From assembly GCF_002803295.2 (NCBI RefSeq), contig NZ_PGGB02000009.1:21318-53317 (forward strand): a DNA stretch of 32,000 nucleotides. Direction: 5' to 3'. Shown in pieces: positions 8,771 through 19,041 of the stretch. The position numbers and the translations under genes were made by a program. The notes under the pieces are model-generated. The model did no database searches, was not told the origin of the DNA, and was given only the letters and a program-made list of their open reading frames with translations. The DNA is from Caedibacter taeniospiralis (GTDB lineage: Bacteria > Pseudomonadota > Gammaproteobacteria > Francisellales > Francisellaceae). Every line of letters begins with the position of its first letter. The first letter of the stretch is position 1.

Positions 8771-9628
8771 ATGCAACAGCAAACCATTAATCACCTCATT
8801 GAAGTATCGGGTCTTGGTTTACACTCAGGGACTGAGGTTAAGATGCGATTACTTCCTGCAGCCGTAGATGCTGGAATCGTGTTTAGACGTATAGACTTGC
8901 CCCCTATAAGAGAAATCAAGATCACGCCCTTTAATATCACTGAGGCGATCATGTGCACGCTTTTGGTATCACCTGAGGATAAGACCGTTTCTGTTGCCAC
9001 GATTGAACACTTAATGTCGGCATTATGTATGTTTAGTATTGATAATGTCATTGTAGAAATTGATGCGCCCGAGCTGCCTGTGATCGATGGTAGCAGTATT
9101 GCGTTTGTCAGGGCTTTTGAAGAAACAGGGGTTAAGACCCAAGATAAAAAGCGTCATCTGCTCAAAGTGCTAAAATCTGTGCGCGTTGAAGAAGAAGACA
9201 AATTTGCTGAGGTGCATCCTGCGAACAAAACCAGTTATCGCTTTGAAATCAAATGGGATCATCCTGTGATTGCAAATACTCCTGCCATAGTTGAATTCTC
9301 AGGTGATAAACAAATGTATATTGATCACGTTGCCAAGGCGCGTACTTTTGGCTTTGTCGATCAGCTTGATTATTTGCACGCAAATAATCTGGCCAAAGGA
9401 GCCTCCCTTGATAATGCCGTTGGCATTACCAACGAGGGCATTGCTAACCCAGAGGGCTTAAGATATCCCGATGAATTTGTGAAGCACAAGCTCTTAGATG
9501 CCATTGGCGATTTTTATGTGGGCGGTGCAATCTTGGGTCGTTTTAATTGTTACAAGTCAGGGCATACACTCAATAATAAACTTTTAAGAGCATTGTTTGC
9601 TGACAAGAGTGCCTGGGAATATGTTTAA
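8771..9628 (+). CDS. lpxC: UDP-3-O-acyl-N-acetylglucosamine deacetylase
   Basis: 285 aa with TIEHLMSAL and HKLLDAIGD motifs characteristic of LpxC. Confidence 0.93.
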   Translation: MQQQTINHLIEVSGLGLHSGTEVKMRLLPAAVDAGIVFRRIDLPPIREIKITPFNITEAIMCTLLVSPEDKTVSVATIEHLMSALCMFSIDNVIVEIDAPELPVIDGSSIAFVRAFEETGVKTQDKKRHLLKVLKSVRVEEEDKFAEVHPANKTSYRFEIKWDHPVIANTPAIVEFSGDKQMYIDHVAKARTFGFVDQLDYLHANNLAKGASLDNAVGITNEGIANPEGLRYPDEFVKHKLLDAIGDFYVGGAILGRFNCYKSGHTLNNKLLRALFADKSAWEYV

Positions 9629-9767
9629 AACGTTAGGGACTTATTGAACACGCCTATGCAAGCGGAGATCTTGTCAAAGCCTAATTTTGGTAGCAATAAA
9701 AGTAGCTAAAGTCTGAGAAATTCGTTATGCTTTAGCAAGGTTTAGCAAGTTCAAAGTGATTATTTAA

Positions 9768-10418
9768 ATGGCAAAGCGGTTATTGATTTTATTGATTACC
9801 TTATGTTTGATTGCTGGTGGCGCATATTATTTTTTTGGCGCGCATGAAAAAAGTAATATAAATCAGGCAAAATTAAATCAGCCCGATCCAGCAGCAACTG
9901 GACTGTACCAGATCCTGCAAACTGCTCATTTTATTGAGCAGGGACAGCAAAATGCCCCGCATCGCATGTATGTGATTTTTGATCCTAATTGCATTTTCTG
10001 CCATGCGCTTTTTGAAGCATCACAAAAACAAGTTGATACGGGGAAGTTGGCTATTCGCTGGGTACCCATCGGTGTTATGAAACGCTCAAGTCCGTTAAAA
10101 GTGATGGCTATTTTGAGTGCTGCATCACCCATTGACGCACTTAAACAAAATGAAGCTCGGTTTAACGATGCTCAAGAGGAAGGGGGCATTCCCCCTATCG
10201 TCAATCCTGGTGCCAGGGAGATTGCGCAGTTTAACCATAACATGACCATCTTAAAAGGGCTGATTAATTCTGTACCAGTGGTGGTGTACAAAAATGCGCA
10301 AGATCAGCCAAGAATCAGTGGCGGTTCGTTATTGCCACTGCAAGCTGACAAAGCATCATTGGCAAAAAATGAACAAAAAGCAGATGAATTTATCAAAACT
10401 GTTGGCAAGAGCTGGTAG
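9768..10418 (+). CDS. periplasmic thiol:disulfide interchange protein, DsbG/DsbC family
   Basis: N-terminal signal/TM segment. A CxxC active site (FDPNCIFCHALF) sits in a thioredoxin-like context. Confidence 0.65.
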   Translation: MAKRLLILLITLCLIAGGAYYFFGAHEKSNINQAKLNQPDPAATGLYQILQTAHFIEQGQQNAPHRMYVIFDPNCIFCHALFEASQKQVDTGKLAIRWVPIGVMKRSSPLKVMAILSAASPIDALKQNEARFNDAQEEGGIPPIVNPGAREIAQFNHNMTILKGLINSVPVVVYKNAQDQPRISGGSLLPLQADKASLAKNEQKADEFIKTVGKSW

Positions 10419-10480
10419 TACGATGATGGTTATTATTGCCTTAATTTCAGTATCAATAATCTTAAAGTGAATGAGTCCAA

Positions 10481-11590
10481 ATGAGCGCGCAATATTACCT
10501 GGGTATTATGTCAGGGACCAGCATGGATGCTATTGATTGTGTGGTCACTGGGTTTGATACGACTAACTTTCAATTAATCGCACATTCCAGCTTCTCCTAT
10601 CCTGGAAAGATAAGAGACAGAATAAATCAGATTTATCAAAATAATTACAGTGTATCGCTCAATGATCTTGGCGATTTGGATTACACCTTAGGCGCGGTCT
10701 ATGCGGAATGCGTCAATAAGCTACTGGCTTTGCATAAGCTTGATAAAGCACAAATCAAAGCGATAGGCTGCCATGGTCAGACAGTCTATCATCACCCAGA
10801 AGGTGAGATAAAATTCAGTATTCAACTGGGCAGTGGCAATGTGCTCTCGGCACAGACGGGACTCCCAGTGATCAATGATTTTCGCAACAAAGATATGATT
10901 TTTGGGGGGCAAGGTGCTCCCTTGGTGCCTTTGTTTCATCAAGCTTTCTTTGCACATGAGTCGAATCCACGAGTTATTTTAAATCTAGGAGGTATTGCCA
11001 ATATCTCCTGCCTGCATCCACATAAACCACTTATTGGATTTGACACGGGACCCGCAAATACTTTGATTGATCAGTGGATTAAAAAGCATAAGCACAAGCC
11101 TTTTGATGACAGTGGCTCATGGGGAAGGGGTGGAGTTATTCAAATCACAGTTTTAGATAAAATGCTCGCTGATCCTTATTTTGCCAAAGAAGCACCAAAG
11201 AGTACAGGACTCGAATACTTTAACTTAAACTGGCTCAATCAGTTTTTATCAGGCGATGAAAAGCCACAAGATATTCAAGCAACCTTGCACGCTTTGACTA
11301 CGCAATCCATCGCACAGCAGCTCGTGAAAGCACAGCCAGATACAAAAGAAATTTATGTTTGTGGCGGAGGTGCTCGCAATCACTTTTTGTTAGAACTTTT
11401 AAAAACATTGCTGCCAAACATTACCATAAAGCCAATTAAGCACCTGGGCATTGATGAGGAATGGATTGAGGCGGTGGCGTTTGCATGGTTTGCCTATTGC
11501 CATATTAACCGCATTAAAATCCCTTTCTCTATGACAACTGGAAGTAGGGAAGATAGTGTGGCAGGAACCTGGCATTTTTTAACTAAGTAA
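10481..11590 (+). CDS. anmK: anhydro-N-acetylmuramic acid kinase
   Basis: 369 aa with the N-terminal GIMSGTSMDAID motif. It lies adjacent to ampG, as expected for peptidoglycan recycling. Confidence 0.92.
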   Translation: MSAQYYLGIMSGTSMDAIDCVVTGFDTTNFQLIAHSSFSYPGKIRDRINQIYQNNYSVSLNDLGDLDYTLGAVYAECVNKLLALHKLDKAQIKAIGCHGQTVYHHPEGEIKFSIQLGSGNVLSAQTGLPVINDFRNKDMIFGGQGAPLVPLFHQAFFAHESNPRVILNLGGIANISCLHPHKPLIGFDTGPANTLIDQWIKKHKHKPFDDSGSWGRGGVIQITVLDKMLADPYFAKEAPKSTGLEYFNLNWLNQFLSGDEKPQDIQATLHALTTQSIAQQLVKAQPDTKEIYVCGGGARNHFLLELLKTLLPNITIKPIKHLGIDEEWIEAVAFAWFAYCHINRIKIPFSMTTGSREDSVAGTWHFLTK

Positions 11591-11600
11591 GGGGAAAACA

Positions 11601-12887
11601 ATGAACCTGAGTTTTTCACAGCAGCTAAAAGCAGCCACTATTGATAGCGTTGCTGGTTTATTTAAAAGTCGCAAAATGCTGGTGATGTTTCTTTTGGGTT
11701 ACTCATCTGGTTTACCTTTGATGCTAACGGCGTCTTCACTCACGCTTTGGTATAAAGAGTCGGGTATTAGCATCAAAGATATTGGGTTACTAACCCTTGT
11801 GGCACTGCCATATACAATAAAGTATCTTTGGTCCCCCATCATTGATCGCATAAGTTTTAAATATCTGGGACACAGAAAGGGCTGGATCCTACTGATGCAG
11901 ATCCTGCTGATCTTTTGCGTGTTTTTATTAAGCCAGTTTTCTCCTGTGCAATCACCACTGATCATTGCATGGATTGCCTTGGCAATCTGTTTTTTCTCAG
12001 CAACACAAGATATCGCGATTAATGCTTATCAAACAGAAGTATTGAATGAAGATGAGCGCGCCTTGGGAAGTGCAGTGTCGGTGCTGGGTTACAGAGTGGC
12101 GATGATGGTAACGGGTGCCTTATTATTGATTTTTGTGCAGTATTTTGATAATGACTGGCAAAAGGGGATGTTGATGCTTCTGCCTTTTTTTGTAATTGCC
12201 ATAACGGGGACTTTTCTGGCACAAGAGGCTCAAGTGAGAAATCAGCCAAAAACCTTTGCCGATGCGGTAATCTTGCCGTTTTACGATTTTTTTACCCGTC
12301 GTGGCTTTGGTGTTGCAATCGCTGTGTTACTGGTTATTATTTTTTACAAATTTGGTGATGCGTTAGCTTTTTCCCTTAATACCGTATTTTTTTCAGAGCT
12401 TGGGTTTGATAAAACCACCATTGCACTTTCGTATAAAACCAATGCACTTGTCTTTACCCTCATTGGGCTTGTGTTGGGTGGAATGCTTGCTAAGGGATTT
12501 GGCTTGTTTCGTACCTTTTTAGTGTTTAGTCTCATGATGGCAACAGCCAATCTAATGTATATGTGGTTGGCATTTGTTGGTCAAAATTATTATCTGATGG
12601 TCATCTCGGTTGCCGTTGAATATATGGTAGGAGCCATGGGTACGGCAGTCCTTGTCGCAATGATTATGAGTCTAGTGAATAAAAGCTTCTCCGCAACACA
12701 GTTTGCGGTGTTAAGCTCCATCGACTCTTTAGGTCGGGTGCTCGTAGGTCCACTGGCGGGGAATATACAAGCAAACTGGGGATGGGAGGTATTGTTTTTC
12801 AGCAGTTTTCTGATCGGTATCATGGTCACCTGTGGCATCTGGCTTGCGCGCAGGCACATTATGTTGATGGCAGACCTGCATGGGTAG
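11601..12887 (+). CDS. ampG: muropeptide permease (MFS)
   Basis: 428-aa polytopic MFS protein. The LGYSSGLPL motif near the N-terminus is typical of AmpG. Confidence 0.88.
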   Translation: MNLSFSQQLKAATIDSVAGLFKSRKMLVMFLLGYSSGLPLMLTASSLTLWYKESGISIKDIGLLTLVALPYTIKYLWSPIIDRISFKYLGHRKGWILLMQILLIFCVFLLSQFSPVQSPLIIAWIALAICFFSATQDIAINAYQTEVLNEDERALGSAVSVLGYRVAMMVTGALLLIFVQYFDNDWQKGMLMLLPFFVIAITGTFLAQEAQVRNQPKTFADAVILPFYDFFTRRGFGVAIAVLLVIIFYKFGDALAFSLNTVFFSELGFDKTTIALSYKTNALVFTLIGLVLGGMLAKGFGLFRTFLVFSLMMATANLMYMWLAFVGQNYYLMVISVAVEYMVGAMGTAVLVAMIMSLVNKSFSATQFAVLSSIDSLGRVLVGPLAGNIQANWGWEVLFFSSFLIGIMVTCGIWLARRHIMLMADLHG

Positions 12888-12914
12888 AATAAAAGTGTAT
12901 TTGGATTGAGTGAT

Positions 12915-13733
12915 ATGAGAAAACAAACAATATTGATTACAGGGTGTTCGCATGGTGGTATTGGCTATGCTACAGCGAAATATTTAAAGACGCTTGGGCA
13001 CTGCGTTTTTGCCTGTGCAAGACAGCAAACGGACGTTGAGCACCTCATAAGCGAAGGATTTGATGCTTATTTGATGGATGTTAGAAATGATGAGCAAATT
13101 AATGCGGTATTAGCCGATATATTAAGAAAAACAGATAATAAGCTCGATGCTCTGTTTAATAATGCAGGATACGCGCAGGCTGGCGCGCTTGAAGATCTTC
13201 CAACCGAATATCTACGAGAACAATTTGAGACAAACGTATTTGCTTTGCACAAACTCACCCGAGTGATACTAAAGGTCATGCGCAAACAAGGATATGGAAA
13301 AATTATCCAACATGGCTCTGTTTTGGGTTTGGTTTCCCTCAAATATAGAGGGGCATATAATGCAAGTAAATACGCAATCGAGGGTATTGCTGACACTATG
13401 CGTCAGGAGTTAAAAGGCTCAAACATATATATGAGCACATTAAATACGGGTCCTATTACGAGCAAGATCAGGGAAAACTCAATGGAAACTGTAAAAAATA
13501 TCGATCTGAAAGACTCGGTGCATATCAGGGAATATGAGAAAATAATGACAGGAAAACATAAACCTGTGCCATTTAATAAAGAAGTGATTGCTGTCGCCAA
13601 AGTGATTGAGAAAATACTTGAAGCCAAAAAACCTGCTCCTAGGTATAGCATCACTAAATTCACGCTACTTGCAAAGCTGCTCAAAAGAGTGCTGCCAACC
13701 AGAGCGTTAGATTATATTTTAAATAAATTTTAA
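12915..13733 (+). CDS. short-chain dehydrogenase/reductase
   Basis: TGCSHGGIG (TGxxxGxG) and YNASK (YxxxK) motifs. ATG at 12915 is preferred over TTG at 12906. Confidence 0.85.
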   Translation: MRKQTILITGCSHGGIGYATAKYLKTLGHCVFACARQQTDVEHLISEGFDAYLMDVRNDEQINAVLADILRKTDNKLDALFNNAGYAQAGALEDLPTEYLREQFETNVFALHKLTRVILKVMRKQGYGKIIQHGSVLGLVSLKYRGAYNASKYAIEGIADTMRQELKGSNIYMSTLNTGPITSKIRENSMETVKNIDLKDSVHIREYEKIMTGKHKPVPFNKEVIAVAKVIEKILEAKKPAPRYSITKFTLLAKLLKRVLPTRALDYILNKF

Positions 13734-13849
13734 AAGTATAGAAATGCTTGCAAAGCTGCTGGAAAAGCCGTTGACAGTGCTTTTCAGCACGACAGAACGC
13801 AATAGTCAGAAATAAATATAATCACCGCCAAAATAAATGAGGGTCGAAA

Positions 13850-14227
13850 ATGAAAGAAATTGTGCAAACTAATCATGCCCCACAAGCCATAGGTCCCTAC
13901 GTGCAGGCAATTAAGGCAAATGGAGTGCTTTACACATCTGGTCAAATCCCATTGTTGGCTAATGGCGAACTGATAAATGGTGGTATTCACGAGCAGACCA
14001 GACAAGTCATGCTGAACTTAAAAGCGGTCATTGAAGCGGCAGGAAGCTCCATGGGAAGAGTCATAAAAACCACATGCTTTATTAAAAACATGGATGACTT
14101 TGCCTTGTTTAACGAAGTATATGCTTCATTTTTTGATGGAATCACTCCGCCTGCACGCTCTTGTGTTGAGGTAACCAGACTACCAAAAAATGTGCTTATC
14201 GAGGTTGAAGCGATTGTTATGCTGTGA
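13850..14227 (+). CDS. ridA: RidA/YjgF family enamine/imine deaminase
   Basis: 125 aa. APQAIGPYVQAIKANGVLYTSGQIPL and C-terminal RSCVEV...VEIEAI are typical of the family. Confidence 0.9.
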   Translation: MKEIVQTNHAPQAIGPYVQAIKANGVLYTSGQIPLLANGELINGGIHEQTRQVMLNLKAVIEAAGSSMGRVIKTTCFIKNMDDFALFNEVYASFFDGITPPARSCVEVTRLPKNVLIEVEAIVML

Positions 14228-14341
14228 AAAAATCTTAATGTGATTAAAATATAATCAAAATTTATAGAAATGGTAAATATCGCACAAAGATTTAGTTAAA
14301 CTCCTATTTATTTCGGTTTTGCTTTTGTCCATACTGACACT

Positions 14342-14535
14342 CAAGCAACGGATGGCAACCTTAACGGATGAAGGTAGAAATGGATAGCCCCTCCCCCGCA
14401 TGGATGAATTGATGAGGATAAGGATATCCTGAAAACTAAAGGATAAAGTAAAGGAAGACATGGATAGCACTCCACCCACATGGATGAATTGGTTAGGATA
14501 GGGATATCCTGAAAACCTGACATTTTTCTCTTTGT
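14342..14535 (+). ncRNA. candidate CsrA/RsmA-titrating sRNA (RsmY/RsmZ/CsrB-like); boundaries approximate
   Basis: There are 12 GGA triplets on the + strand within 14350-14504, against 3-4 on the opposite strand. Several sit in an A(N)GGAUG context (acGGAtg x2, catGGAtga x2). Two hairpins present AGGA/GGGA in the loop (agga-taaggata-tcct at 14415-14430, agga-tagggata-tcct at 14495-14510). The last hairpin is followed by a T5 run at 14523-14527. There is no credible ORF. Confidence 0.45.
14380..14516 (+). repeat. two diverged 57-nt direct repeats, period 80 bp, each ending in a GATATC-centred palindrome
   Basis: Copy 1: atggatagcccctcccccgcatggatgaattgatgaggataaggatatcctgaaaac (14380-14436). 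Copy 2: atggatagcactccacccacatggatgaattggttaggatagggatatcctgaaaac (14460-14516). Confidence 0.85.
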
Positions 14536-15638
14536 TCCCTAATCCCCCATTCGATGTGTTCTAGCAATAATGAATGGTTGATGTACTTATTTCTAGCGTG
14601 ATACAGAATGCCAAGAATTTCAGCCGAAGCTGGGGCATTACCTAATGCAACGTATACATTTCTAAGCCAGGACTGGTAACCAATTCGGCGAATTGCTGAG
14701 CCTTCAGTGTGCTTCAAGAAATCTTCTTCTGACCATTGTGAGAGGGAAATGAGAGTCTGGTTGGTTAAATATGCTCGCGCCAAAAAATCATTTTCGCATG
14801 TTATTGGTGCATTTTTATTGATGGGACACACAAGCTGGCAATCATCACAACCGTAGATACGATTACCAATGGCCTGGCGATATTCCATCGGAATAACCCC
14901 TTTATTTTCAATAGTTAAGTATGAAATACACTTGTTGGCATCGATCATTCGATTTTCAACGATGGCGTTAGTTGGACAAGCCTTAATACAGGCCTGGCAT
15001 TTGCCACACTGATCGTGGGGCTTTGGTTGGGTAAATGCGCTAAAATCAAGACTGGAATAAATGCAGCCGATGAAGAAAAAAGAGCCCTCCGTGGGATGGA
15101 GCAAGTTACTGTTTTTGCCTATCCAGCCAAGTCCAGCCTTTTCGGCTAAGGGCTTTTCAAATACTGGTGCACTATCAGTGAAAACACGAGCCGCATATTC
15201 AGGGAAAAGCGTTTGAATATACTCAGATAATTTCACAAGTTTATTGCGTAAAACTTTATGGTAGTCTCTGCCGTGGGCGTAGATGGAAATAGCTGCCTTA
15301 TCAGAGGGCGTGCTTAATTTTTTACGAATATTTTTAATATCATAGCTTTGCGGTAAATAATTCAATCTCACAACGATAACGCTTTTAGTACCTGCGACAA
15401 GCTCCTCTGGCGTGTAACGTTTGCTGCCATGTTTGGTCATATACTCAAGCTCAGCGTGATAACCCTGTTCAATCCACAGGTGATATTTGGGAATATACTC
15501 ACTCAGGTTGCAATCGGTTGCACCAATATCAGAAAAATTAAGAGTTTTAAGTGCAAAGTCTTTAATGCGACTCCATTGTGTCGTGCTTACGTTACGCATT
15601 GTGTTGTCTGCTGTGAATTCAAGCACTTCTGACGGCAT
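14493..15638 (-). CDS. queG: epoxyqueuosine reductase
   Basis: Two 4Fe-4S motifs ([12 protein letters not shown] and CDDCQLVCP) and a QueG-like N-terminal domain. Start set at MPSEVLEF (15638) because the longer track ORF runs through the tRNA-Ser gene. Confidence 0.88.
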   Translation of the reverse strand: MPSEVLEFTADNTMRNVSTTQWSRIKDFALKTLNFSDIGATDCNLSEYIPKYHLWIEQGYHAELEYMTKHGSKRYTPEELVAGTKSVIVVRLNYLPQSYDIKNIRKKLSTPSDKAAISIYAHGRDYHKVLRNKLVKLSEYIQTLFPEYAARVFTDSAPVFEKPLAEKAGLGWIGKNSNLLHPTEGSFFFIGCIYSSLDFSAFTQPKPHDQCGKCQACIKACPTNAIVENRMIDANKCISYLTIENKGVIPMEYRQAIGNRIYGCDDCQLVCPINKNAPITCENDFLARAYLTNQTLISLSQWSEEDFLKHTEGSAIRRIGYQSWLRNVYVALGNAPASAEILGILYHARNKYINHSLLLEHIEWGIREQREKCQVFRISLS

Positions 15639-15715
15639 TGCAAGATTTCTTCTGCGCCAAAAGCTATTGTATCGATTGGTGTTAAAAGGTTTTGCGAGTG
15701 TGAAATCATTGGTTA

Positions 15716-15803
<88 letters not shown>

Positions 15804-16062
15804 GAATGTGCGCCAATTATAACGGCAATTTTGCAAATAGAAAGATGCTCATTTCATTTTTTTCCAAAAAAATAACACCCACAATTGCCATGATTGTAAT
15901 TTATACAGCAGCTTTACAAAAACGCCTAAATCATAAATTTAGCCCTTCTATTTAACCAGCTGACATGATAGAATCGCCACGCTTAAATTTTTAGGTTTAA
16001 ACCAACCTAAACAGAATCAGCAAAACTGAGTAGTTAATAATAAATAATTTAAGGTAACAAAG

Positions 16063-16491
16063 ATGAAAACGTTTAGCGCTAAGGACGATCAAGTCAAAAG
16101 AGAATGGCTTTTGATCGATGCAAATGGTAAAACTTTAGGTCGCCTTGCAACTGAAGTTGCAAGACGCCTTCGCGGCAAACACAAGGCTGAATACACACCA
16201 CACGTTGATACGGGTGACTATATTATCGTTATCAATGCTGAGAAAGTTGCGGTAACAGGCAACAAGCAAAAAGATAAAATCTACTACCACCACACAGGCT
16301 ATATTGGCGGTCTTAAGTCTATTTCTTTTGAAAAGCTGATAGCACAACATCCAGAGCGTGCAATTGAAACTGCTGTTAAGGGCATGCTTCCTAAGAATCC
16401 TTTAGGTCGCGCGATGTACAAAAAGCTAAAAGTTTATGCTGGTGAATCTCACCCACATACAGCGCAACAACCACAAGTTTTAGAAATATAA
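16063..16491 (+). CDS. rplM: 50S ribosomal protein L13
   Basis: 142 aa. The sequence MKTFSAK...[29 protein letters not shown] is typical of L13. Confidence 0.97.
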   Translation: MKTFSAKDDQVKREWLLIDANGKTLGRLATEVARRLRGKHKAEYTPHVDTGDYIIVINAEKVAVTGNKQKDKIYYHHTGYIGGLKSISFEKLIAQHPERAIETAVKGMLPKNPLGRAMYKKLKVYAGESHPHTAQQPQVLEI

Positions 16492-16506
16492 GATAGGATA
16501 GGAACA

Positions 16507-16899
16507 ATGACTCAAGCATACAATTACGGTACTGGTCGTCGCAAAAGCTCAGTTGCTCGTGTTTTTATGAAAAAAGGCACTGGCAGCATTATTGTTAACG
16601 GGTTACCACTAGATGACTACTTCGGACGTAAGACCGCAAGCATGATAGTAAGACAACCACTTGAATTAACCAGCACACTAGAAAGTTTTGACTTCAAAAT
16701 CAATGTTCATGGTGGCGGAGAAACAGGTCAATCAGGAGCAATTCGCTTAGGAATTGCGCGCGCTTTGGTTGATTTTGATGAAACTTTGAAGCCTGAGCTT
16801 CGTCAGGCTGGCTTTATCACTCGCGACTCTCGTAAAGTTGAACGTAAGAAAGTGGGCTTCAGAAAAGCACGTAGAAAACGTCAATTCTCCAAGCGTTAA
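16507..16899 (+). CDS. rpsI: 30S ribosomal protein S9
   Basis: 130 aa with [13 protein letters not shown] and the C-terminal [11 protein letters not shown] typical of S9. Confidence 0.97.
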   Translation: MTQAYNYGTGRRKSSVARVFMKKGTGSIIVNGLPLDDYFGRKTASMIVRQPLELTSTLESFDFKINVHGGGETGQSGAIRLGIARALVDFDETLKPELRQAGFITRDSRKVERKKVGFRKARRKRQFSKR

Positions 16900-16940
16900 G
16901 AAAATATCTTTATTTTTCGTATAACTTTGTATTTATTCAA

Positions 16941-16976
16941 AAGCCCAGCTGGCACATGCCAAGCGGGGCTTTTTTG
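16941..16976 (+). terminator. rho-independent terminator after rplM-rpsI
   Basis: Imperfect GC-rich hairpin aagcccagctgg-cacat-gccaagcggggct followed by TTTTTT. Confidence 0.7.
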
Positions 16977-17085
16977 TTATCACCACACATTTCTGCGCAC
17001 TGAAATGGTGCAAAATGACTGGTGAGTGGTATATAATGCGCAAGCTAATGTAAATAACTCCAGTAAACAAGGATAATTGGGATAA

Positions 17086-17691
17086 ATGTCTGCTCAAAAC
17101 AAACGATCATCAATGACTTTATATACCAATAGTAACGATCCTTTTTGTCACAGAATTAAGATGATTCTTGCCGAAAAAGATATCAGCGCAGATATCATTG
17201 ATGTAACTGTTGAAAATAAATTGGAGGAGCTCTATGAGCTTAATCCTTATGGCAAGGTGCCCACACTGATGACTAAAGATCTTATCGTCTACGAGCCCAA
17301 TATTATCTTTGAATACTTAGAAGAGCGATTCCCCTACCCGCCTTTGTTATCTGTATTTCCACTTGAACGCGCCCAAGCGCGCATGTTATCGAAAAAGATT
17401 GATACTGAATGGATGCCTTTTTTAATCAACGCACTTAATGCCGAAAATGAGGATATGAGGCAGGCAAATAAAATTGCACTGCTAAAAGCACTATTCTCAC
17501 TGAATCCGATTTTAAGCAGGCAGCCTTACTTGTTGGGAGAAGACTTCAGCATCGTAGACTGCTCCTTAGCCGTTATTTTATATAATCTCCCCAAATTAGA
17601 TATTCGTTTGCCTGAGAAGGCAATGCCACTGATTAAATATGCTAAGCGCTTGTTTGCACGTGTTTCATTTAGAAAAAGTATTAGAAACTAA
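17086..17691 (+). CDS. sspA: stringent starvation protein A (GST-like)
   Basis: 201-aa GST fold, immediately followed by sspB (the conserved pair). Confidence 0.9.
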   Translation: MSAQNKRSSMTLYTNSNDPFCHRIKMILAEKDISADIIDVTVENKLEELYELNPYGKVPTLMTKDLIVYEPNIIFEYLEERFPYPPLLSVFPLERAQARMLSKKIDTEWMPFLINALNAENEDMRQANKIALLKALFSLNPILSRQPYLLGEDFSIVDCSLAVILYNLPKLDIRLPEKAMPLIKYAKRLFARVSFRKSIRN

Positions 17692-17708
17692 AAGAAAGGA
17701 AAAATCCC

Positions 17709-18116
17709 ATGCCAATGCTACGCGCTTATTTGATTGAACCTGTGTATGACTGGATAATAGATCACGACCTGACTCCCTACCTGCTGATAGACACCGAATA
17801 CGATGGCGTTATTTTGCCTGAGAACTATGTCGATGACGATGGGAAAATACTGTTGAATATATCTCCCGAAGCGATTGAACGGTTTGACTGTGATGATTAC
17901 TACATCCGTTTCGATGCAACTTTTGATGGTAAAATCATGTCGCTTCAAATCCCGATTGAAGCCGTACTTGAGCTCTATGCTGGCGAAACTTCTCAAGGTC
18001 TTTATGCCAGAGAGTTTGGCTATGGTATTGATATTTATGAGGGGGAGACCGAGAATGATGTCAATCCACCAAAAGACAAGCCGAAACAAGGCGGCAGTGG
18101 TCTGCGCCTTGTCTGA
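17709..18116 (+). CDS. sspB: ClpXP adaptor, stringent starvation protein B
   Basis: N-terminal [25 protein letters not shown], followed by an acidic linker and the C-terminal ClpX-binding tail GGSGLRLV. Confidence 0.9.
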   Translation: MPMLRAYLIEPVYDWIIDHDLTPYLLIDTEYDGVILPENYVDDDGKILLNISPEAIERFDCDDYYIRFDATFDGKIMSLQIPIEAVLELYAGETSQGLYAREFGYGIDIYEGETENDVNPPKDKPKQGGSGLRLV

Positions 18117-18120
18117 TAAC

Positions 18121-19041
18121 ATGGTAACGCCATACGATATTCAACCAGTTAGACGCTATTTACTTCAACTACAGGATGACATTTGCCATCAACTACAACA
18201 AATCGATGGTAGCGGGTTTCATGAAGATAACTGGCCATACCAGAATGGCGAAGGTGGCGGACGTACTCGCATACTGGAGAATGGTCAGGTCATTGAAAAA
18301 GGCGGGATTAATTTTTCCCACATTCAAGGACAAACCCTACCTGAAGCTATCCTTAGCATGAAACCTGAGCTAACAGGATTTTCGTTTCAGGCTATGGGAG
18401 TCTCCCTTGTTATTCACCCTTTAAACCCATACGCACCCACCTCACACATGAACGTACGTTTTTTTATTGCTGAAAAAGAAGGTGAAAATCCAGTCTGGTG
18501 GTTTGGTGGTGGCTTCGATTTAACGCCTTTTTATGGTTTTGAAGAAGATTGCATTCACTGGCACACCATGGCATATGATGCGTGTCAAGGCTTTGGTGAT
18601 GATCTTTATACCAGATATAAAAAGCAATGTGATGAATATTTTTATCTTCCTCATAGAAATGAATGTCGCGGTGTTGGTGGACTCTTCTTTGATTATTTAA
18701 ATCAATGGAATTTTGAACAGTGCTTCGCCTTTACGCGCTCTATTGGCAATCATTATATTAAGGCTTATGCTCCTATCTTGGAAAAACGCAAAGATACTCC
18801 TTATGGCGAGCGTGAGCGTGAGTTTCAGCTATATCGCCGCGGACGCTATGTCGAATTTAATCTTGTGATTGATCGCGGAACCCATTTTGGGCTGCAATCA
18901 GCAGGACGCACGGAATCCATTCTCATGTCACTGCCCCCTTTGGTTAAATGGATTTATAACTACCACCCTAGAGCAGGTTCTGCCGAAGAAAAACTCTATA
19001 CGGATTTTTTACCGATCAAAGATTGGCTGAGACGGAAATGA
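18121..19041 (+). CDS. hemF: oxygen-dependent coproporphyrinogen-III oxidase
   Basis: [15 protein letters not shown] and [21 protein letters not shown] motifs. ATG at 18121 follows the sspB stop. The track ORF from 17875 is an artefactual upstream extension. Confidence 0.93.
   Translation: MVTPYDIQPVRRYLLQLQDDICHQLQQIDGSGFHEDNWPYQNGEGGGRTRILENGQVIEKGGINFSHIQGQTLPEAILSMKPELTGFSFQAMGVSLVIHPLNPYAPTSHMNVRFFIAEKEGENPVWWFGGGFDLTPFYGFEEDCIHWHTMAYDACQGFGDDLYTRYKKQCDEYFYLPHRNECRGVGGLFFDYLNQWNFEQCFAFTRSIGNHYIKAYAPILEKRKDTPYGEREREFQLYRRGRYVEFNLVIDRGTHFGLQSAGRTESILMSLPPLVKWIYNYHPRAGSAEEKLYTDFLPIKDWLRRK

Noticed and set aside
11699-12953. Several 68-89-aa minus-strand ORFs antisense to ampG
   Set aside because: They are shadow ORFs of a long membrane-protein gene, with no independent support.
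13747-13790. Partial duplication of the SDR 3' end (cttgcaaagctgct at ~13668 and ~13747) and a perfect TTGACA at 13779-13784
   Set aside because: The duplication is short. No acceptable -10 hexamer lies at 16-18 nt from the TTGACA, so I cannot support a promoter call.
14255-14523. Minus-strand ORFs 14255-14479 and 14341-14523
   Set aside because: They are antisense translations of the GGA-rich repeat (S/P/L/C-rich), with no RBS and mutual overlap. The region is better explained as non-coding.
17718-18122. Minus ORF 17718-18122 and the 17875-18120 upstream extension of the hemF ORF
   Set aside because: Both overlap the well-supported sspB gene. hemF has a proper ATG at 18121, right after the sspB stop.
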